Assembly (NCBI GenBank): GCA_041650295.1
Contig: JBAZLM010000001.1
Span: forward strand, 318 to 64,317
Reading direction: 5' to 3'
DNA: 64,000 nt
Source: Candidatus Omnitrophota bacterium
GTDB lineage: Bacteria > Omnitrophota > Gorgyraeia > Gygaellales > Profunditerraquicolaceae
Shown here: positions 21,190 to 31,289 of the stretch, piece after piece
Layout of the letters: every line of letters begins with the position of its first letter
How positions within the stretch are numbered: position 1 is the stretch's first letter
Made by a program: the position numbers and the translations under genes
The notes under the pieces: model-generated
The model's database searches: none
What the model was told of the DNA's origin: nothing
Seen by the model: only the letters and a program-made list of their open reading frames with translations

Positions 21190-22133
21190 CCGGTCACACC
21201 CATAACTCTAAACTTTTTATATCTTAACGCTAACAATTCTTTCTTATCTAATGTTTTTAGTTCTTTTAAATTTCTTAAAATTGATTCTTTCAGGGTAGCG
21301 GCAATCTTCTGTGGATCACGATGTGCTCCTCCTAAAGGCTCAGGGATAACTTCATCAATAATCCCCATCTTCAAAAGATCTTGGCCGGTAAGCTTTAAAA
21401 CTTGGGCTGCCTGCGGAGCTTTAGCTCCGTCTTTCCAAAGAATCGCCGCACAACCTTCTGGAGAGATCACCGAATAATACGAATTTTCTAAAACCGCCAC
21501 GCGGTCAGCAATACCTACGCCCAATGCTCCACCAGAACCACCTTCTCCGATAACTGTGGCCATAATCGGTACGCCAATAGCGGTCATCTCACGCAAATTA
21601 ACCGCAATGGCATGCGACTGACCACGTTCTTCTGCGCCAATCCCCGGATAAGCTCCCGGAGTATCAATAAAAACTACTACCGGTAAATTAAATTCCTCGG
21701 CCATTTGCATCACCCGTAAAGCCTTGCGATAACCTTCCGGATGCGCGCAGCCAAAATTACGTTTTAAATTTTCTTTTGTATCTCGACCTTTTTGATGTCC
21801 GATCACCATTACTTTGGTTTTATCAATTTTAGCCAACCCGCAGATCATCGCCTTGTCATCACTAAAAAGCCTGTCCCCGTGTAACTGGACAAAATCCGTC
21901 ATCATTAAACTAATATAATCTAAAGTATACGGCCGCAACGGATGACGCGCCAACTGCACTTTCTGCCAAGCACTTAAATTTACATAAGTATCTTTTTTTA
22001 AATGCTCTAATTTATCCTCAAGCTTTTTAATCTCCGAAGTTAGATCAATCTTCTTCTCGGTCATAAAGGTCTTAAGCTCTTGAATTTTTTTCTCTAACTC
22101 TGCAATTGGTTTTTCAAAATCTAATCCGGCCAT
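21186..22133 (-). CDS. accA: Acetyl-CoA carboxylase carboxyltransferase alpha subunit.
   Basis: ARHPLRPYTLDYI...DTPGAYPGIGAEERGQSHAIAVNLREM...GEGGSGGALGVGIADRV...SVISPEGCAAILWKD is the canonical AccA core. Confidence 0.92.
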   Translation of the reverse strand: MAGLDFEKPIAELEKKIQELKTFMTEKKIDLTSEIKKLEDKLEHLKKDTYVNLSAWQKVQLARHPLRPYTLDYISLMMTDFVQLHGDRLFSDDKAMICGLAKIDKTKVMVIGHQKGRDTKENLKRNFGCAHPEGYRKALRVMQMAEEFNLPVVVFIDTPGAYPGIGAEERGQSHAIAVNLREMTAIGVPIMATVIGEGGSGGALGVGIADRVAVLENSYYSVISPEGCAAILWKDGAKAPQAAQVLKLTGQDLLKMGIIDEVIPEPLGGAHRDPQKIAATLKESILRNLKELKTLDKKELLALRYKKFRVMGVTG

Positions 22134-22137
22134 TTTA

Positions 22138-22950
22138 TTAATTAATTATGCTAACTTCTGTACCTACGGGAATATAACTGTAAAGCTCTTCAACATCAGA
22201 ATTTTGTAAACGCACACAGCCTTGAGTTACTTGCTTACCTAATTCTTTTGGCTCGACAGTTCCATGAATTCCATATCCAGCCAGATCAAAACCCATCCAA
22301 CGCGTCCCTAAAACATTTTCAGGACTTGAAGCTGGCACCACCGCCCCGGCTTTAAACCAAGTAGGGTTAACCAACTTATTAATTATTTTAAATGTGCCCA
22401 CCGGAGAAGAATTATTTTTTCCCGTTGAGACAATATAAGTCTTAAAAACTTCTTCGTCACATTTAACCCAAAGCAAATTTGAGGACTTGCTCACTAAAAT
22501 ACTAAAAGGAGCGTTCCAAACTTTAATCTGTCGACCCGGAATAATTAGCGAATCGCTAATATTATTACTTTTCATAATCAACTCAGCCGTAGTTTTATAG
22601 TGACGGGCAATTTTATTTAAAGTATCCCCTGGTTTAATTTTATAAGACACGCTTTTAGGAGTAAGGGTGGAAGAAAATAATAATTTAAGATTAATCTCTT
22701 CAGCTTTTTTCTGCCAATCGCCAACACTGCTAGCTTCCGGATGATCATTCACCAATTTTTGATATAACAATTTTGCCTCAATTAAATTTCCTTTAGTTTC
22801 TAAAGTTTTGGCTTGTGTAAGTAGAAGACCTGCGGAAGAATTACTCGCAGAGCTAGCAAAATTAAATATTTTTTTACCGACTAAAAAAACTAAGCTTCCT
22901 GCGATTGCTAAACAAATAATCAAAATTAATAAATTTTTTTTACTCACCAC
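22138..22950 (-). CDS. LysM-domain L,D-transpeptidase (YkuD family).
   Basis: LysM region: YKIKPGDTLNKIARHYKTTAELIMKSNNI. YkuD catalytic region: GYGIHGT...TQGCVRL. Confidence 0.8.
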   Translation of the reverse strand: MVSKKNLLILIICLAIAGSLVFLVGKKIFNFASSASNSSAGLLLTQAKTLETKGNLIEAKLLYQKLVNDHPEASSVGDWQKKAEEINLKLLFSSTLTPKSVSYKIKPGDTLNKIARHYKTTAELIMKSNNISDSLIIPGRQIKVWNAPFSILVSKSSNLLWVKCDEEVFKTYIVSTGKNNSSPVGTFKIINKLVNPTWFKAGAVVPASSPENVLGTRWMGFDLAGYGIHGTVEPKELGKQVTQGCVRLQNSDVEELYSYIPVGTEVSIIN

Positions 22951-22957
22951 TTCCCCC

Positions 22958-23410
22958 TTACTTGCTATAAGAAATTAAAGCAATGGCAATTCCTAAGAAT
23001 AAACCCATAATTACCTCTACTGGCGTATGCCCAATTAATTCACGCAGACGCAACTCCTGAATTTTCCCCTGCCAATAGATATCATCCATAATTTTATTTA
23101 AAATACTAGCTTGCTTACCAGTGGAGCGACGTACCCCTTGAGCATCAAACATCACCACAATGGCAAAAGCAAAAGCCAGAGCAAAATAAACACTGTCAAA
23201 ACCGCACTCCATGCCAATACTAGTAGCCAAACAGGCTGCCCCGGCGGCATGTGCCGAAGGCATCCCACCGCTACCAATAAATAAACGAAAATCAAATCTT
23301 CTTTTAAAAACTACTCCCAAAATTACCTTAATCGACTGGGCGATTAACCAAGTCGAGATGGTAGTCATTAAAATCTTATTTCGATAAACTTCTACAAAAA
23401 AATCACGCAT
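22958..23410 (-). CDS. DUF212 / divergent PAP2-like membrane protein (YuiD-like).
   Basis: GSGGMPSAHAAGAACLATSIG resembles the DUF212 GGMPSSHSA motif. 150 aa with several TM helices. Confidence 0.65.
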   Translation of the reverse strand: MRDFFVEVYRNKILMTTISTWLIAQSIKVILGVVFKRRFDFRLFIGSGGMPSAHAAGAACLATSIGMECGFDSVYFALAFAFAIVVMFDAQGVRRSTGKQASILNKIMDDIYWQGKIQELRLRELIGHTPVEVIMGLFLGIAIALISYSK

Positions 23411-24024
23411 TATTTTTTAGTTTGGGCAGGCCTCGTAGAATCCCCTTGGGATTTATACGAGGCAGGTATAACTTCAATTTTAATTTTTTCTACGGTAGTC
23501 GGCTGGCCGTTTCTAGTAATAAAACCTTGGTTACCTTCAGCTTGTAATTCTAAATCTTTTCGCTTTCTATTTCGTAACTCTTTTATCGCTTTCTTTAACT
23601 CATCCACCGTGCTTAATTTAAATTTAAGCTCTTCGTTTTCCACAAAAAGTCGTTTATGACTATTCACCAGAGCCAGATTTTCTGCTTTTAATATCGCTAG
23701 TCTAGCACGGGAATCCTCTAGGTCGCTTTTAACTTTAGCTTCCTCTTGAAAGAAACGCGTAATTCTATTTTTGCTAGCCTTCAAATTTTCTTTAAGTGCT
23801 GCATTGCGTAACTCTAATTGCTGCTGAAGCTCTTGCTCTTTCTTTAACTCCTGCAACAAGTTCTGTTTTTCTTGAGTAATAATTGCCACCTGACTCTGAA
23901 CCTGCGCCAGGCTATCTTGCAGCCGATAGCGCGCATTTAATTCACTAACATATTTAACCATGCTAAAAATGGTAATTCCCAGTAAAAAAATAAGAGCGAT
24001 ATTCTTAACAGCATCCTTATTCAT
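23410..24024 (-). CDS. Membrane-anchored coiled-coil protein, hypothetical.
   Basis: N-terminal TM helix (IALIFLLGITIFSMV), then long heptad-like Q/E/K/L-rich segments. Confidence 0.5.
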   Translation of the reverse strand: MNKDAVKNIALIFLLGITIFSMVKYVSELNARYRLQDSLAQVQSQVAIITQEKQNLLQELKKEQELQQQLELRNAALKENLKASKNRITRFFQEEAKVKSDLEDSRARLAILKAENLALVNSHKRLFVENEELKFKLSTVDELKKAIKELRNRKRKDLELQAEGNQGFITRNGQPTTVEKIKIEVIPASYKSQGDSTRPAQTKK

Positions 24025-24126
24025 AAGCTCATATTATATTAAAGCCCTATCTAAAAAGCAAGCATTTTTACTTTTTTAGGTTAGATTTTTCAGTTTTATA
24101 CGTCTATTTCAGTAGGAGGTAGAAAA

Positions 24127-25190
24127 ATGATCGCAAAAATTTACAGTTTTGGGGTTTTAGGACTAGATGCTTATCCAGTAGAGATCGAAGTTGACGTGGC
24201 CAAAGGACTGCCCCAAGTAACTCTAGTTGGGTTAGCTGACACTGCCATTAAAGAAAGCAAAGAAAGGGTGCGCTCAGCCATTAAAAACTCTGGTTTCAGT
24301 TGGCCCGCGCAAAGAATAACCGTAAATCTGGCACCCTCAAACATCAAAAAAGAAGGTGCAACTTTCGATTTAGCCATTGCTTTAGGAATTCTAGCGGCCA
24401 CCGAACAAATTAATCCTAGTCTACTTAAAGATTATGTATTCCTGGGAGAATTATCCTTAGATGGACGATTACGCCCGGTACAAGGAGTTTTAGCCACCAG
24501 CTTAAACATGACTAACTTTTCTTTAAAAAATCTTGTGCTCCCTGAAGAAAACGGTAAAGAAGCGGCAATTATTCCTAACATAAATAGTTATCCCTTGAAA
24601 AATTTAAATGCAGTGGTGCAGTTTTTAGCTGACCCACAAATACATCCACCTTTAAAATTAGAAATTGAAAAAATTTTAAAAGAAAATTCTAATTATAACT
24701 TTGATTTCTCAGAAGTTAAAGGTCAATACTTTGCCAAAAGGGCAATTGAAGTAGCCGTAGCTGGAGGACACAATATAATTCTATTGGGGCCTCCCGGAAG
24801 TGGAAAAACTATGTTGGTTAAAAGGATCCCCACCATTATGCCTACTCTCTTACCTCAAGAAGCCCTAGAGATAACTAAAATTCACTCCATTTGCGGAACA
24901 TTATTAAATAAAGATGGATTAATCGGCACTCGGCCGTTTCGTGCACCGCACCACAGTATCTCGGATGTGGCCTTAATTGGCGGCGGCAATATTCCTAAAC
25001 CAGGCGAGATTAGTCTGGCCCACTACGGGGTCTTATTTCTCGACGAGTTACCTGAGTTTAATCGCAAGGCTTTAGAAGCATTACGTCAACCCTTAGAAGA
25101 TAATTTAATTTGTGTTAGCCGTATTAAAAAAACTTTTGTTTTTCCAGCTTGTTTTATTTTGGCTGCAGCACTTAACCCTTGTCCGTGCGA
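24127..25190 (+). CDS. comM: ComM/YifB Mg-chelatase-like AAA+ ATPase, 5' portion (about 354 codons), interrupted at the NPCPC codons by the integrated element.
   Basis: RBS GGAGGT before the ATG. Conserved segments: [13 protein letters not shown], Walker [14 protein letters not shown], then [11 protein letters not shown]...[13 protein letters not shown]...AALNPCPC. After 25189 the reading frame runs into foreign sequence (ETEGMKIW...). Confidence 0.85.
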
Positions 25191-26710
25191 GACTGAAGGG
25201 ATGAAAATATGGAAGGTAAGAAAAATAAATCTAGGTGAATATCAGTACCCTTAACGGTAATCTTCGAAATTAAAGTATACAGTAAATCTTTTCTACTTAA
25301 TTCATCAAACGAAGCCCAATTATCTTTAAAATTTTTAACGGTTTCATAAACAGTATTAAATGATATATTCTCTATCTGCTTATCGTTTAGCTCGACCTCA
25401 ATTCCAAATATCTTGCCTTTATTTTTTTCAAGTTCTTCATTTAATTCCGTGATTCTATTTTTATAAGTCTGATTTTCAATTACCTTATCTTCTAATTTTT
25501 CTAAAAGATTTCTCTTTTTTAATTCAATCGACTCAAGGCTTTTTGATAAAAGTTCTTTTGCAGTTTTTAAAGGATTTATTTGAGATTTAACTTTCTCATT
25601 AAAAACGTTTAATGCTTTTTTAATATCTACCTTAAAAGTTTGAGTATCAACTAAACCTAAGATTTTTTCTACCACTAAATTTTCTATTACATCTTTATTT
25701 ATTGATGTACCTTTACAAACGCTGACACCTTTTGACTGACAATTATGGCATTTGTAACTTGAATATTTTTTATGGTCTCCCTTATATTGGCTGTAACCAT
25801 TCATTTTTCCACCGCAAAGCCCACAGTGGCATAGTCCACTCAAAAGATACGTTGATGATTTCCTTCGTGGTTCTCTTTTCTGGCGAGAAATTATATCCTG
25901 CACCTTCTTAAAAGTAGAATCATCTATTATGGCTTTATGAACACCCTCCGAAGTAAGCCAATTTTCTTTAGGTGCTATTTTCATCTTCCCTGTTGTCTTT
26001 GAAGAAATCCTTTTGCCCCAAGTTACCCTACCGATATAATTTGGGTTGCGTATAATTCTGCCAATGCTTGCAGTAGCCCAATATTTTTTATTCCTAGTTT
26101 TATAACCATTAGAATTTAACCAATGCACTACGCCTCTAAGCGATTCAAGCTCTAAGTATTTATTATAAATTTTTTTGATTATTTCTGCTTCGGGAGGATT
26201 AGGTATTAATTCTTTATTTTTAGCGGAGTAGCCAAAGGGCACTACTCCCCCCAGCCATTTTCCTTTTTTCGACATTATCGTCATTGCTTCACTGACTCGT
26301 TCTGAGGTCATGCCACGCTCAAGCTCAGCAAACGTCCCCAAAAGATTAATAAACGCTCTTCCCATGCTCGTAGAGCTGTCCACCGGCTGAGTTAAACTCT
26401 TAAAAGCGACTGAATGAGTTTCAAATAACTCCACGAGGTCTAAGAGGTCTTTTATTCGTCTAGTAATCCGGTCAATCTTTACGACGATTACTCTTTCTAT
26501 TTTATTTTCTTTAATTTCTTGGATTAGTTTTTGAAGAGCAGGGCGGGATGTGCTCGAAGCCGAAAAGCCATCATCGGCATAAATTTTGAATTGGAGGGAA
26601 TTCTCTTTGGCGTAATTTTCAAGAAGAGTCTTTTGAGTTTGAATACTCTCTTTTGACTTTTGCATTTCGGTACTAACTCGACAGTATAGTGCATTAATCC
26701 TAGTATTCAT
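25172..26710 (-). CDS. Large serine recombinase (phage-integrase type).
   Basis: [17 protein letters not shown], with the catalytic Ser in YxRVST. Contains a resolvase domain, a recombinase domain, a zinc ribbon (CHCGLCGG...[12 protein letters not shown]) and a coiled coil. The last 6 codons and the TAA stop lie in host comM sequence. Confidence 0.85.
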   Translation of the reverse strand: MNTRINALYCRVSTEMQKSKESIQTQKTLLENYAKENSLQFKIYADDGFSASSTSRPALQKLIQEIKENKIERVIVVKIDRITRRIKDLLDLVELFETHSVAFKSLTQPVDSSTSMGRAFINLLGTFAELERGMTSERVSEAMTIMSKKGKWLGGVVPFGYSAKNKELIPNPPEAEIIKKIYNKYLELESLRGVVHWLNSNGYKTRNKKYWATASIGRIIRNPNYIGRVTWGKRISSKTTGKMKIAPKENWLTSEGVHKAIIDDSTFKKVQDIISRQKREPRRKSSTYLLSGLCHCGLCGGKMNGYSQYKGDHKKYSSYKCHNCQSKGVSVCKGTSINKDVIENLVVEKILGLVDTQTFKVDIKKALNVFNEKVKSQINPLKTAKELLSKSLESIELKKRNLLEKLEDKVIENQTYKNRITELNEELEKNKGKIFGIEVELNDKQIENISFNTVYETVKNFKDNWASFDELSRKDLLYTLISKITVKGTDIHLDLFFLPSIFSSLQSRTDKG

Positions 26711-26727
26711 ACCTAATGTTACCAAAG

Positions 26728-26868
26728 TTAATGGTTATTGTCAAGAATAATTCTTTTTGATTTAATCGCCCCTTCAATAAGAATTCCAAGCAGTTTTTCC
26801 TCTCGTTCCTTCATTTTACCTTCATCCTCATTAACAAAACTGATTGTTACAGAATATTCTTTTTTCAT
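26728..26868 (-). CDS. Small hypothetical protein, 46 aa, upstream of the recombinase.
   Basis: AAGGAGG RBS 6 nt before the ATG. Sequence MKKEYSVTISFVNEDEGKMKEREEKLLGILIEG... Confidence 0.3.
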   Translation of the reverse strand: MKKEYSVTISFVNEDEGKMKEREEKLLGILIEGAIKSKRIILDNNH

Positions 26869-26941
26869 GATTTCCTCCTTTTGCGGGAGCGATTGCTAAT
26901 CGCTCAGGAGGTGTTTCTACCTGCTTCTACCTTATAAGGAA

Positions 26942-27082
26942 TTAAGCAGAATATGCGTTCAGGTATTTTTTAATTATTCTATGCACATTAGCAGGGCTAG
27001 TCTTGCAACATAAAGCAAGGTCTCTAATACTTAATCCTAATTGTCTTAACCTTATAATTTTATTCTTTTGACGTGTTGTCAT
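26942..27082 (-). CDS. Small HTH protein, 46 aa; candidate excisionase or recombination-directionality factor.
   Basis: MTTRQKNKIIRLRQLGLSIRDLALCCKTSPANVHRIIKKY is HTH-like. It lies immediately downstream of the 116-aa ORF. Confidence 0.3.
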   Translation of the reverse strand: MTTRQKNKIIRLRQLGLSIRDLALCCKTSPANVHRIIKKYLNAYSA

Positions 27083-27433
27083 TTAATGCTCCTCTTTTTT
27101 TTCATCTACCCAAATTAAATTTCCAATGATACTTCCATTTTTCTTTGTTTCTGAATGACATCTCTTATGATGTTCTGCACTGATAAATTTACAATTCCAA
27201 AATTTATAATGATTGGGTGCTTCAATACCCAATCGGTGAATGTTCGGGTGTTTTCCTTCATCATACATTTTCCAAAAATGGTCTCTCTTCATTATCTGTA
27301 AAAATTCATCAAAAGTTATTAAGCACTTAATCTCTTCATAACCCTTAACTCTTCCGCACCTGTAATTAATACCATAATATAATCTTTTGCTTAACTTCAT
27401 TTTGAATAATAATAATTTCATTTTTTTATTCAT
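27083..27433 (-). CDS. Hypothetical protein, possibly HNH-endonuclease-like.
   Basis: C-terminal region KHPNIHRLGIEAPNHYKFWNCKFISAEHHKRCH has His/Asn/Cys spacing reminiscent of HNH. The assignment is weak. Confidence 0.3.
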   Translation of the reverse strand: MNKKMKLLLFKMKLSKRLYYGINYRCGRVKGYEEIKCLITFDEFLQIMKRDHFWKMYDEGKHPNIHRLGIEAPNHYKFWNCKFISAEHHKRCHSETKKNGSIIGNLIWVDEKKEEH

Positions 27434-27451
27434 TTAATAATTCCTTTCTTT

Positions 27452-27616
27452 TTAACCCAGTTCATTGAAAGATGTTATTGGAAGTAAAAGAGATTTCCTG
27501 CTTGGTTGCCTATCGCACTGACGCTTGTCGCACTCTTTACAATACTCGCTCCCTTTCTTAAATTCAGTTAATGGCAAAAAGTCGCAACCACATTTAAAAC
27601 AATACTTAGTTTCCAT
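27452..27616 (-). CDS. Small zinc-ribbon protein, 54 aa.
   Basis: METKYCFKCGCDF...EYCKECDKRQC carries two CxxC pairs. Confidence 0.3.
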   Translation of the reverse strand: METKYCFKCGCDFLPLTEFKKGSEYCKECDKRQCDRQPSRKSLLLPITSFNELG

Positions 27617-27776
27617 TTTATTTACTCCTTATAAAAAATGACAGTGCCTCCCTAGGGGTCTGTCTAAAACTAATACCCATTATCCTTTTTGATTTGGTTG
27701 GCATTTAATAATCCTTTCGTTGATAAAGTTAATTTTGGGAGGGAGAAATTAATCTCCCTCTTTTATCAATTAATTT

Positions 27777-28700
27777 TTAAGCAATTATGTCGTCGCAAAA
27801 ACTAACGCAACGATACTGTGTCAAAACCTGTACAACGCTTTCATAGCCATAGACTGCATAGCCAAGTTCATGCCCATGCACTAACGGAACGGAAGCAATA
27901 CTTACTAAACGACTTGCTCCATCTTCTGCACCAGAATATTCAGCGACTTCTTTGGTAAACTTACGTCTAGCCAAAGTAAGGGGCTTGCCATTCTGAGCGA
28001 TTTCGGAGTTTCTACCAACGAGAATGGCTTTACCATCCGCTAATATGGGGTTGCCAGAACCATCTTCGCCAACTATTCTAACTATTTTATTAATACCAAG
28101 AGCTTTGATACTCTCTTGAATACCTAGACGATAATTATAAGATGACTTATTATCAATATCGTAGGTGTCAATTGCATTTGCTACGTCATCAGCGACAAGC
28201 AAAATGTAATCGCTCGAAAATTTACTAATTTTCTGCTTTAATAAAACGATAGTATCGAGCAAATCCATACCAGTTGTTTTATTCACTTCCTGCGACGCAA
28301 CCGCTAAACAGAGAGCTAGAATATTTTTCATCTCGATTTGGTTCATACTTCGGATGATACCTGCTTTTTTCGAGGCTAACGCTGAGACATCCTTGCTATT
28401 AACAATCTCATTTAATAGCACCGTCTCTAAACCTGACTGCAACCCAGAAAAACTGAGTGTAGTCGTGGTCTTTAAAGGAATCTTTGCATACGTTAATTCT
28501 CCATTAGCGTCGGCAGATACAATTTCTGTATCGCCTCTGTCCTGAGCACTAGACGCAAAGTACATCACATCTTCCCCAGCTTCAGCTTCCACAAAATTAA
28601 CAATGTCCGAAATTTCTAACGGACATTTTAAATTCGGGTCTGCTGGCTCGTTTAATAAAATATAGGCAAGTGTAATTATGCCATCTGTTTTAATATTCAT
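27777..28700 (-). CDS. Hypothetical protein, 307 aa; possibly a phage major-capsid-like structural protein.
   Basis: The size and context within the integrated element suggest a structural protein. No definitive motif was seen. Confidence 0.35.
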   Translation of the reverse strand: MNIKTDGIITLAYILLNEPADPNLKCPLEISDIVNFVEAEAGEDVMYFASSAQDRGDTEIVSADANGELTYAKIPLKTTTTLSFSGLQSGLETVLLNEIVNSKDVSALASKKAGIIRSMNQIEMKNILALCLAVASQEVNKTTGMDLLDTIVLLKQKISKFSSDYILLVADDVANAIDTYDIDNKSSYNYRLGIQESIKALGINKIVRIVGEDGSGNPILADGKAILVGRNSEIAQNGKPLTLARRKFTKEVAEYSGAEDGASRLVSIASVPLVHGHELGYAVYGYESVVQVLTQYRCVSFCDDIIA

Positions 28701-29380
28701 TTATTACTCCTATAAAACTTTTATATCTTTTTTTATAAAATTATTTCTAAGCTTTATCCACTGCATTTTGCAGTGCAAGTCTGCGACTTGATATCTATTT
28801 TCTTTTGCAAGAAAATTTCTTGAATCATTTTTACTTTACTATTTTTAGTTTGATTTTGAATTCTTCAATCTCGTAAGGGTGTGAGCTTCTATCTCTCTTC
28901 TTTCGTCTGATTGGTTTAATTCTAATCTCTTAAAAATTTTAGGTCTACGGAGTATCAAGCTCTTAGAGGCAATTACTCTGCGAGATAAAAGGTTTGGAAT
29001 CAGGGGATGTAGCCCTTTAGGCTTTCGCCACCTATCTAAGATTGCACCCTTGCGGGCGTAGACTAAGCCTGAATCGTAGTACAGGCTAAATTTATGATTA
29101 AAAAACAAAAAAGCCAAAGTATAACGCTTTTAGCCAAGATTGATACTCCTCTTGGCATTTCAACGTAAACTTTAGCTTTAGGTATTACTGGGTATTTCAT
29201 TGGTCGGGAAGCTATTGCCTCCCGAAATACCCTTATACTCTACCCTTCTGCATTGTCCAATTAAGCACGAAAAAAAATATTATTTATTTTTAAATGCGTT
29301 ATACCACTCAATTCGCCCCTTTTGAGGGGATGGGGAACGATAATACGTTACTTTATTAAATAAATACTCAATTTTACTGC

Positions 29381-29520
29381 TTACAGTATACAGTACAACT
29401 CTCATACTGTACTGTATTACTGTATACTGTATTACTGTATACTGTATTACTGTATTACTGTACTGATACTGACTTCTACCCTAGATTAAGGTAGAAGTCA
29501 GTAATCAATACAGTATTCGA
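29381..29520. repeat. Cluster of about 9 tandem ACTGTAT(T) heptamer/octamer repeats in both orientations, plus a 10-bp-arm inverted repeat (gacttctacc...ggtagaagtc); iteron-like.
   Basis: The run tactgtactgtattactgtatactgtattactgtatactgtattactgtattactgtactgatactgac sits inside the mobile element, flanked by small ORFs. Confidence 0.7.
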
Positions 29521-29523
29521 CAA

Positions 29524-29760
29524 CTAAATACTCAATACGGTGATTATGGTACGAAAAAAACCTCCATTTCTACGGGGTTGATTTTCATACTCAATCGCTA
29601 CTTCATCACCTATCCCTACATCTTTGATTCTTGAATCATTCGGATAACAGTTATAATAGACATCATCAATCTTTAATCCGTCTCTCTTGCGGGTTATTGA
29701 TTGAATGACTCCTGTTATTTGCTGTTTCTCTTTTGGTTCATCCATGAGACTCACCTCCAA
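29524..29760 (-). CDS. Hypothetical small protein, 78 aa (mobile element).
   Basis: An ORF co-oriented with its neighbours in the island; no family recognised. Confidence 0.35.
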   Translation of the reverse strand: MEVSLMDEPKEKQQITGVIQSITRKRDGLKIDDVYYNCYPNDSRIKDVGIGDEVAIEYENQPRRNGGFFRTIITVLSI

Positions 29761-29779
29761 TCTTGATTATTTTGTTTAA

Positions 29780-29977
29780 TTAATTTTCTTCTATTACATT
29801 TCCTACAACGTTATACAATTCTTGCAAAGAGACAGGATTCTTTAATAGTTTATTTCCTTGAATCAAGGCAAATAAAATATCTCTTGTTTTGAAATTCAAA
29901 TTGCTTTGATACATTTCCCTAGCAATTTTTTTCATTGCTTCTATTTCTCTAATCATTCTCAGCACCCCCTTCCTCAA
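29780..29977 (-). CDS. Hypothetical small protein, 65 aa (mobile element).
   Basis: The ORF overlaps the upstream 237-aa ORF by 29 nt. Confidence 0.3.
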   Translation of the reverse strand: MRKGVLRMIREIEAMKKIAREMYQSNLNFKTRDILFALIQGNKLLKNPVSLQELYNVVGNVIEEN

Positions 29978-30662
29978 TTATTTTTTCATCATCAATTTCG
30001 GCGTAATCTCTTTGCTGAGATTTTTCCGTTAATTCTTCGTAACCAATTTCATTTACAGTATGTGAAGTCTGAGCATTTTTAATAAGAATGGCTTCCATCT
30101 GTTTAATTTCCTGTACAGTTTTTCCTAAAATTTCTGCACATTTCTTAATAATAAATTCTGGTTTGACTCCTTCCTCTTTTAATTTTGCTCTTAATAAAAT
30201 GTATTCGACTTGTTTATCAGTAGGTTTTTTCTTCTTCATAATAACGACATCGGGAGGATTAGGTATTATCCCTCTAGAAATATTACCTCCGTCATTACTA
30301 ACGTCGACAACTGGTCTTTTTCCTTTCCTGTAGTAATTATTTTTTTGACTAAACTTTTCATAATCTTCTAATTTGTCCTTAATTTTATTAGGTACTCGCT
30401 TATGGTAAATTTTATTAATATCGAGGCAAATCTTACTAGTCATGTATTGAAGTTTTTTGTAACTCCAACCAAATTGCTTTTGCATTATAATTGTCCATAC
30501 TCCTAAAACTTTTTTATATTTGTCTGGGAAATCCCAATGCTTATCTATCTCGCTATAACTACTTGCAAAAACTAAAAGGAATCGGAACATTTCCTCAACC
30601 TCGGTCTGTAATTCTTTTGTTAATACACCTGATAATTCAAAATTATTAATCTCTTTAAACAT
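29949..30662 (-). CDS. Hypothetical protein, 237 aa (mobile element); possibly replication-related given the adjacent iteron-like repeats.
   Basis: A long ORF with a basic central region (KKKKPTDKQVEY...) and an acidic C-terminus. It is divergent from the plus-strand membrane-protein operon. Confidence 0.4.
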   Translation of the reverse strand: MFKEINNFELSGVLTKELQTEVEEMFRFLLVFASSYSEIDKHWDFPDKYKKVLGVWTIIMQKQFGWSYKKLQYMTSKICLDINKIYHKRVPNKIKDKLEDYEKFSQKNNYYRKGKRPVVDVSNDGGNISRGIIPNPPDVVIMKKKKPTDKQVEYILLRAKLKEEGVKPEFIIKKCAEILGKTVQEIKQMEAILIKNAQTSHTVNEIGYEELTEKSQQRDYAEIDDEKIIEEGGAEND

Positions 30663-31060
30663 TTTTACTCCTCCTTTTTAATTATTTTTAGACAACAAAA
30701 ACGACCTTTAGTTTGAAATTTATATCCCGCACCAAACGAAGTAGTCAAGAGCTTGGCTCAATATAACTATGGTTGTTCCAGCTCTAAATCATAATGCGGT
30801 TTAATTATTGCCTAATTTTTTTAGAACTTACGATACCTCCATTTCAGCCTTACTTATTTTACCTTTCCAGGGACACTTTTATTCTAGCTGGGCAAGTAAG
30901 AAATAAATCCACCAGTTAACTAAACTCTAGCTTCTAATATAAGCATAACACATCATTCCGTTTTACTAAGTCAGATTAAAAAATAATTTTATTTTTATTG
31001 GAAAAATAGTTGGTTAGATTTCACCACTTCATACGTCTATTGTATCAGGAGGTGACAAAA

Positions 31061-31210
31061 TGCGTTATAAACCAGTACCAAAAGAGCTTCTTGAGAAAAC
31101 AAGGAGAATAATTGAAATTGAGGTTTTAATTAACAACATTAAAAAGAAGAAATGCAGGAGCAATCTATCTAGATACCTAAAGAAGGTTGTTGCCTGGATT
31201 AATGGTTAGA
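31061..31210 (+). CDS. Small basic protein, 49 aa; first gene of the plus-strand cargo operon.
   Basis: Strong RBS AGGAGGTG 7 nt upstream of the ATG. Sequence MRYKPVPKELLEKTRRIIEIEVLINNIKKKKCRSNLSRYLKK. Confidence 0.35.
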
Positions 31211-31289
31211 GGTATAATTAGCTATGAAAATTATTTCATTAAAATTAATGACAACTCTTTAAAAAGTTGTCTTTTTGATTTAGAAAGGA

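Noticed and set aside
24127-25254. Treating 24127-25254 as a complete 375-aa gene.
   Set aside because: The last ~21 codons (ETEGMKIW...) are read-through into the integrated element after the attL core. The true gene is the 5' portion of interrupted comM.
28845-29117. The 90-aa ORF at 28845-29117 as a protein-coding gene.
   Set aside because: Poor coding character (Arg/Lys/Leu-rich, no RBS). It lies in a region that looks non-coding or structured. Reported as a possible ncRNA region instead.
28875-29300. A group II intron, suggested by a GTGTG motif near 28878.
   Set aside because: The region is far too short (~400 bp). It has no recognisable domain V or reverse-transcriptase ORF. The motif alone is not significant.
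29393-29470. Whether the tandem heptamer array is a CRISPR array.
   Set aside because: The units are 7-8 bp with no intervening unique spacers and no cas genes. It is a microsatellite or iteron-type array, not CRISPR.
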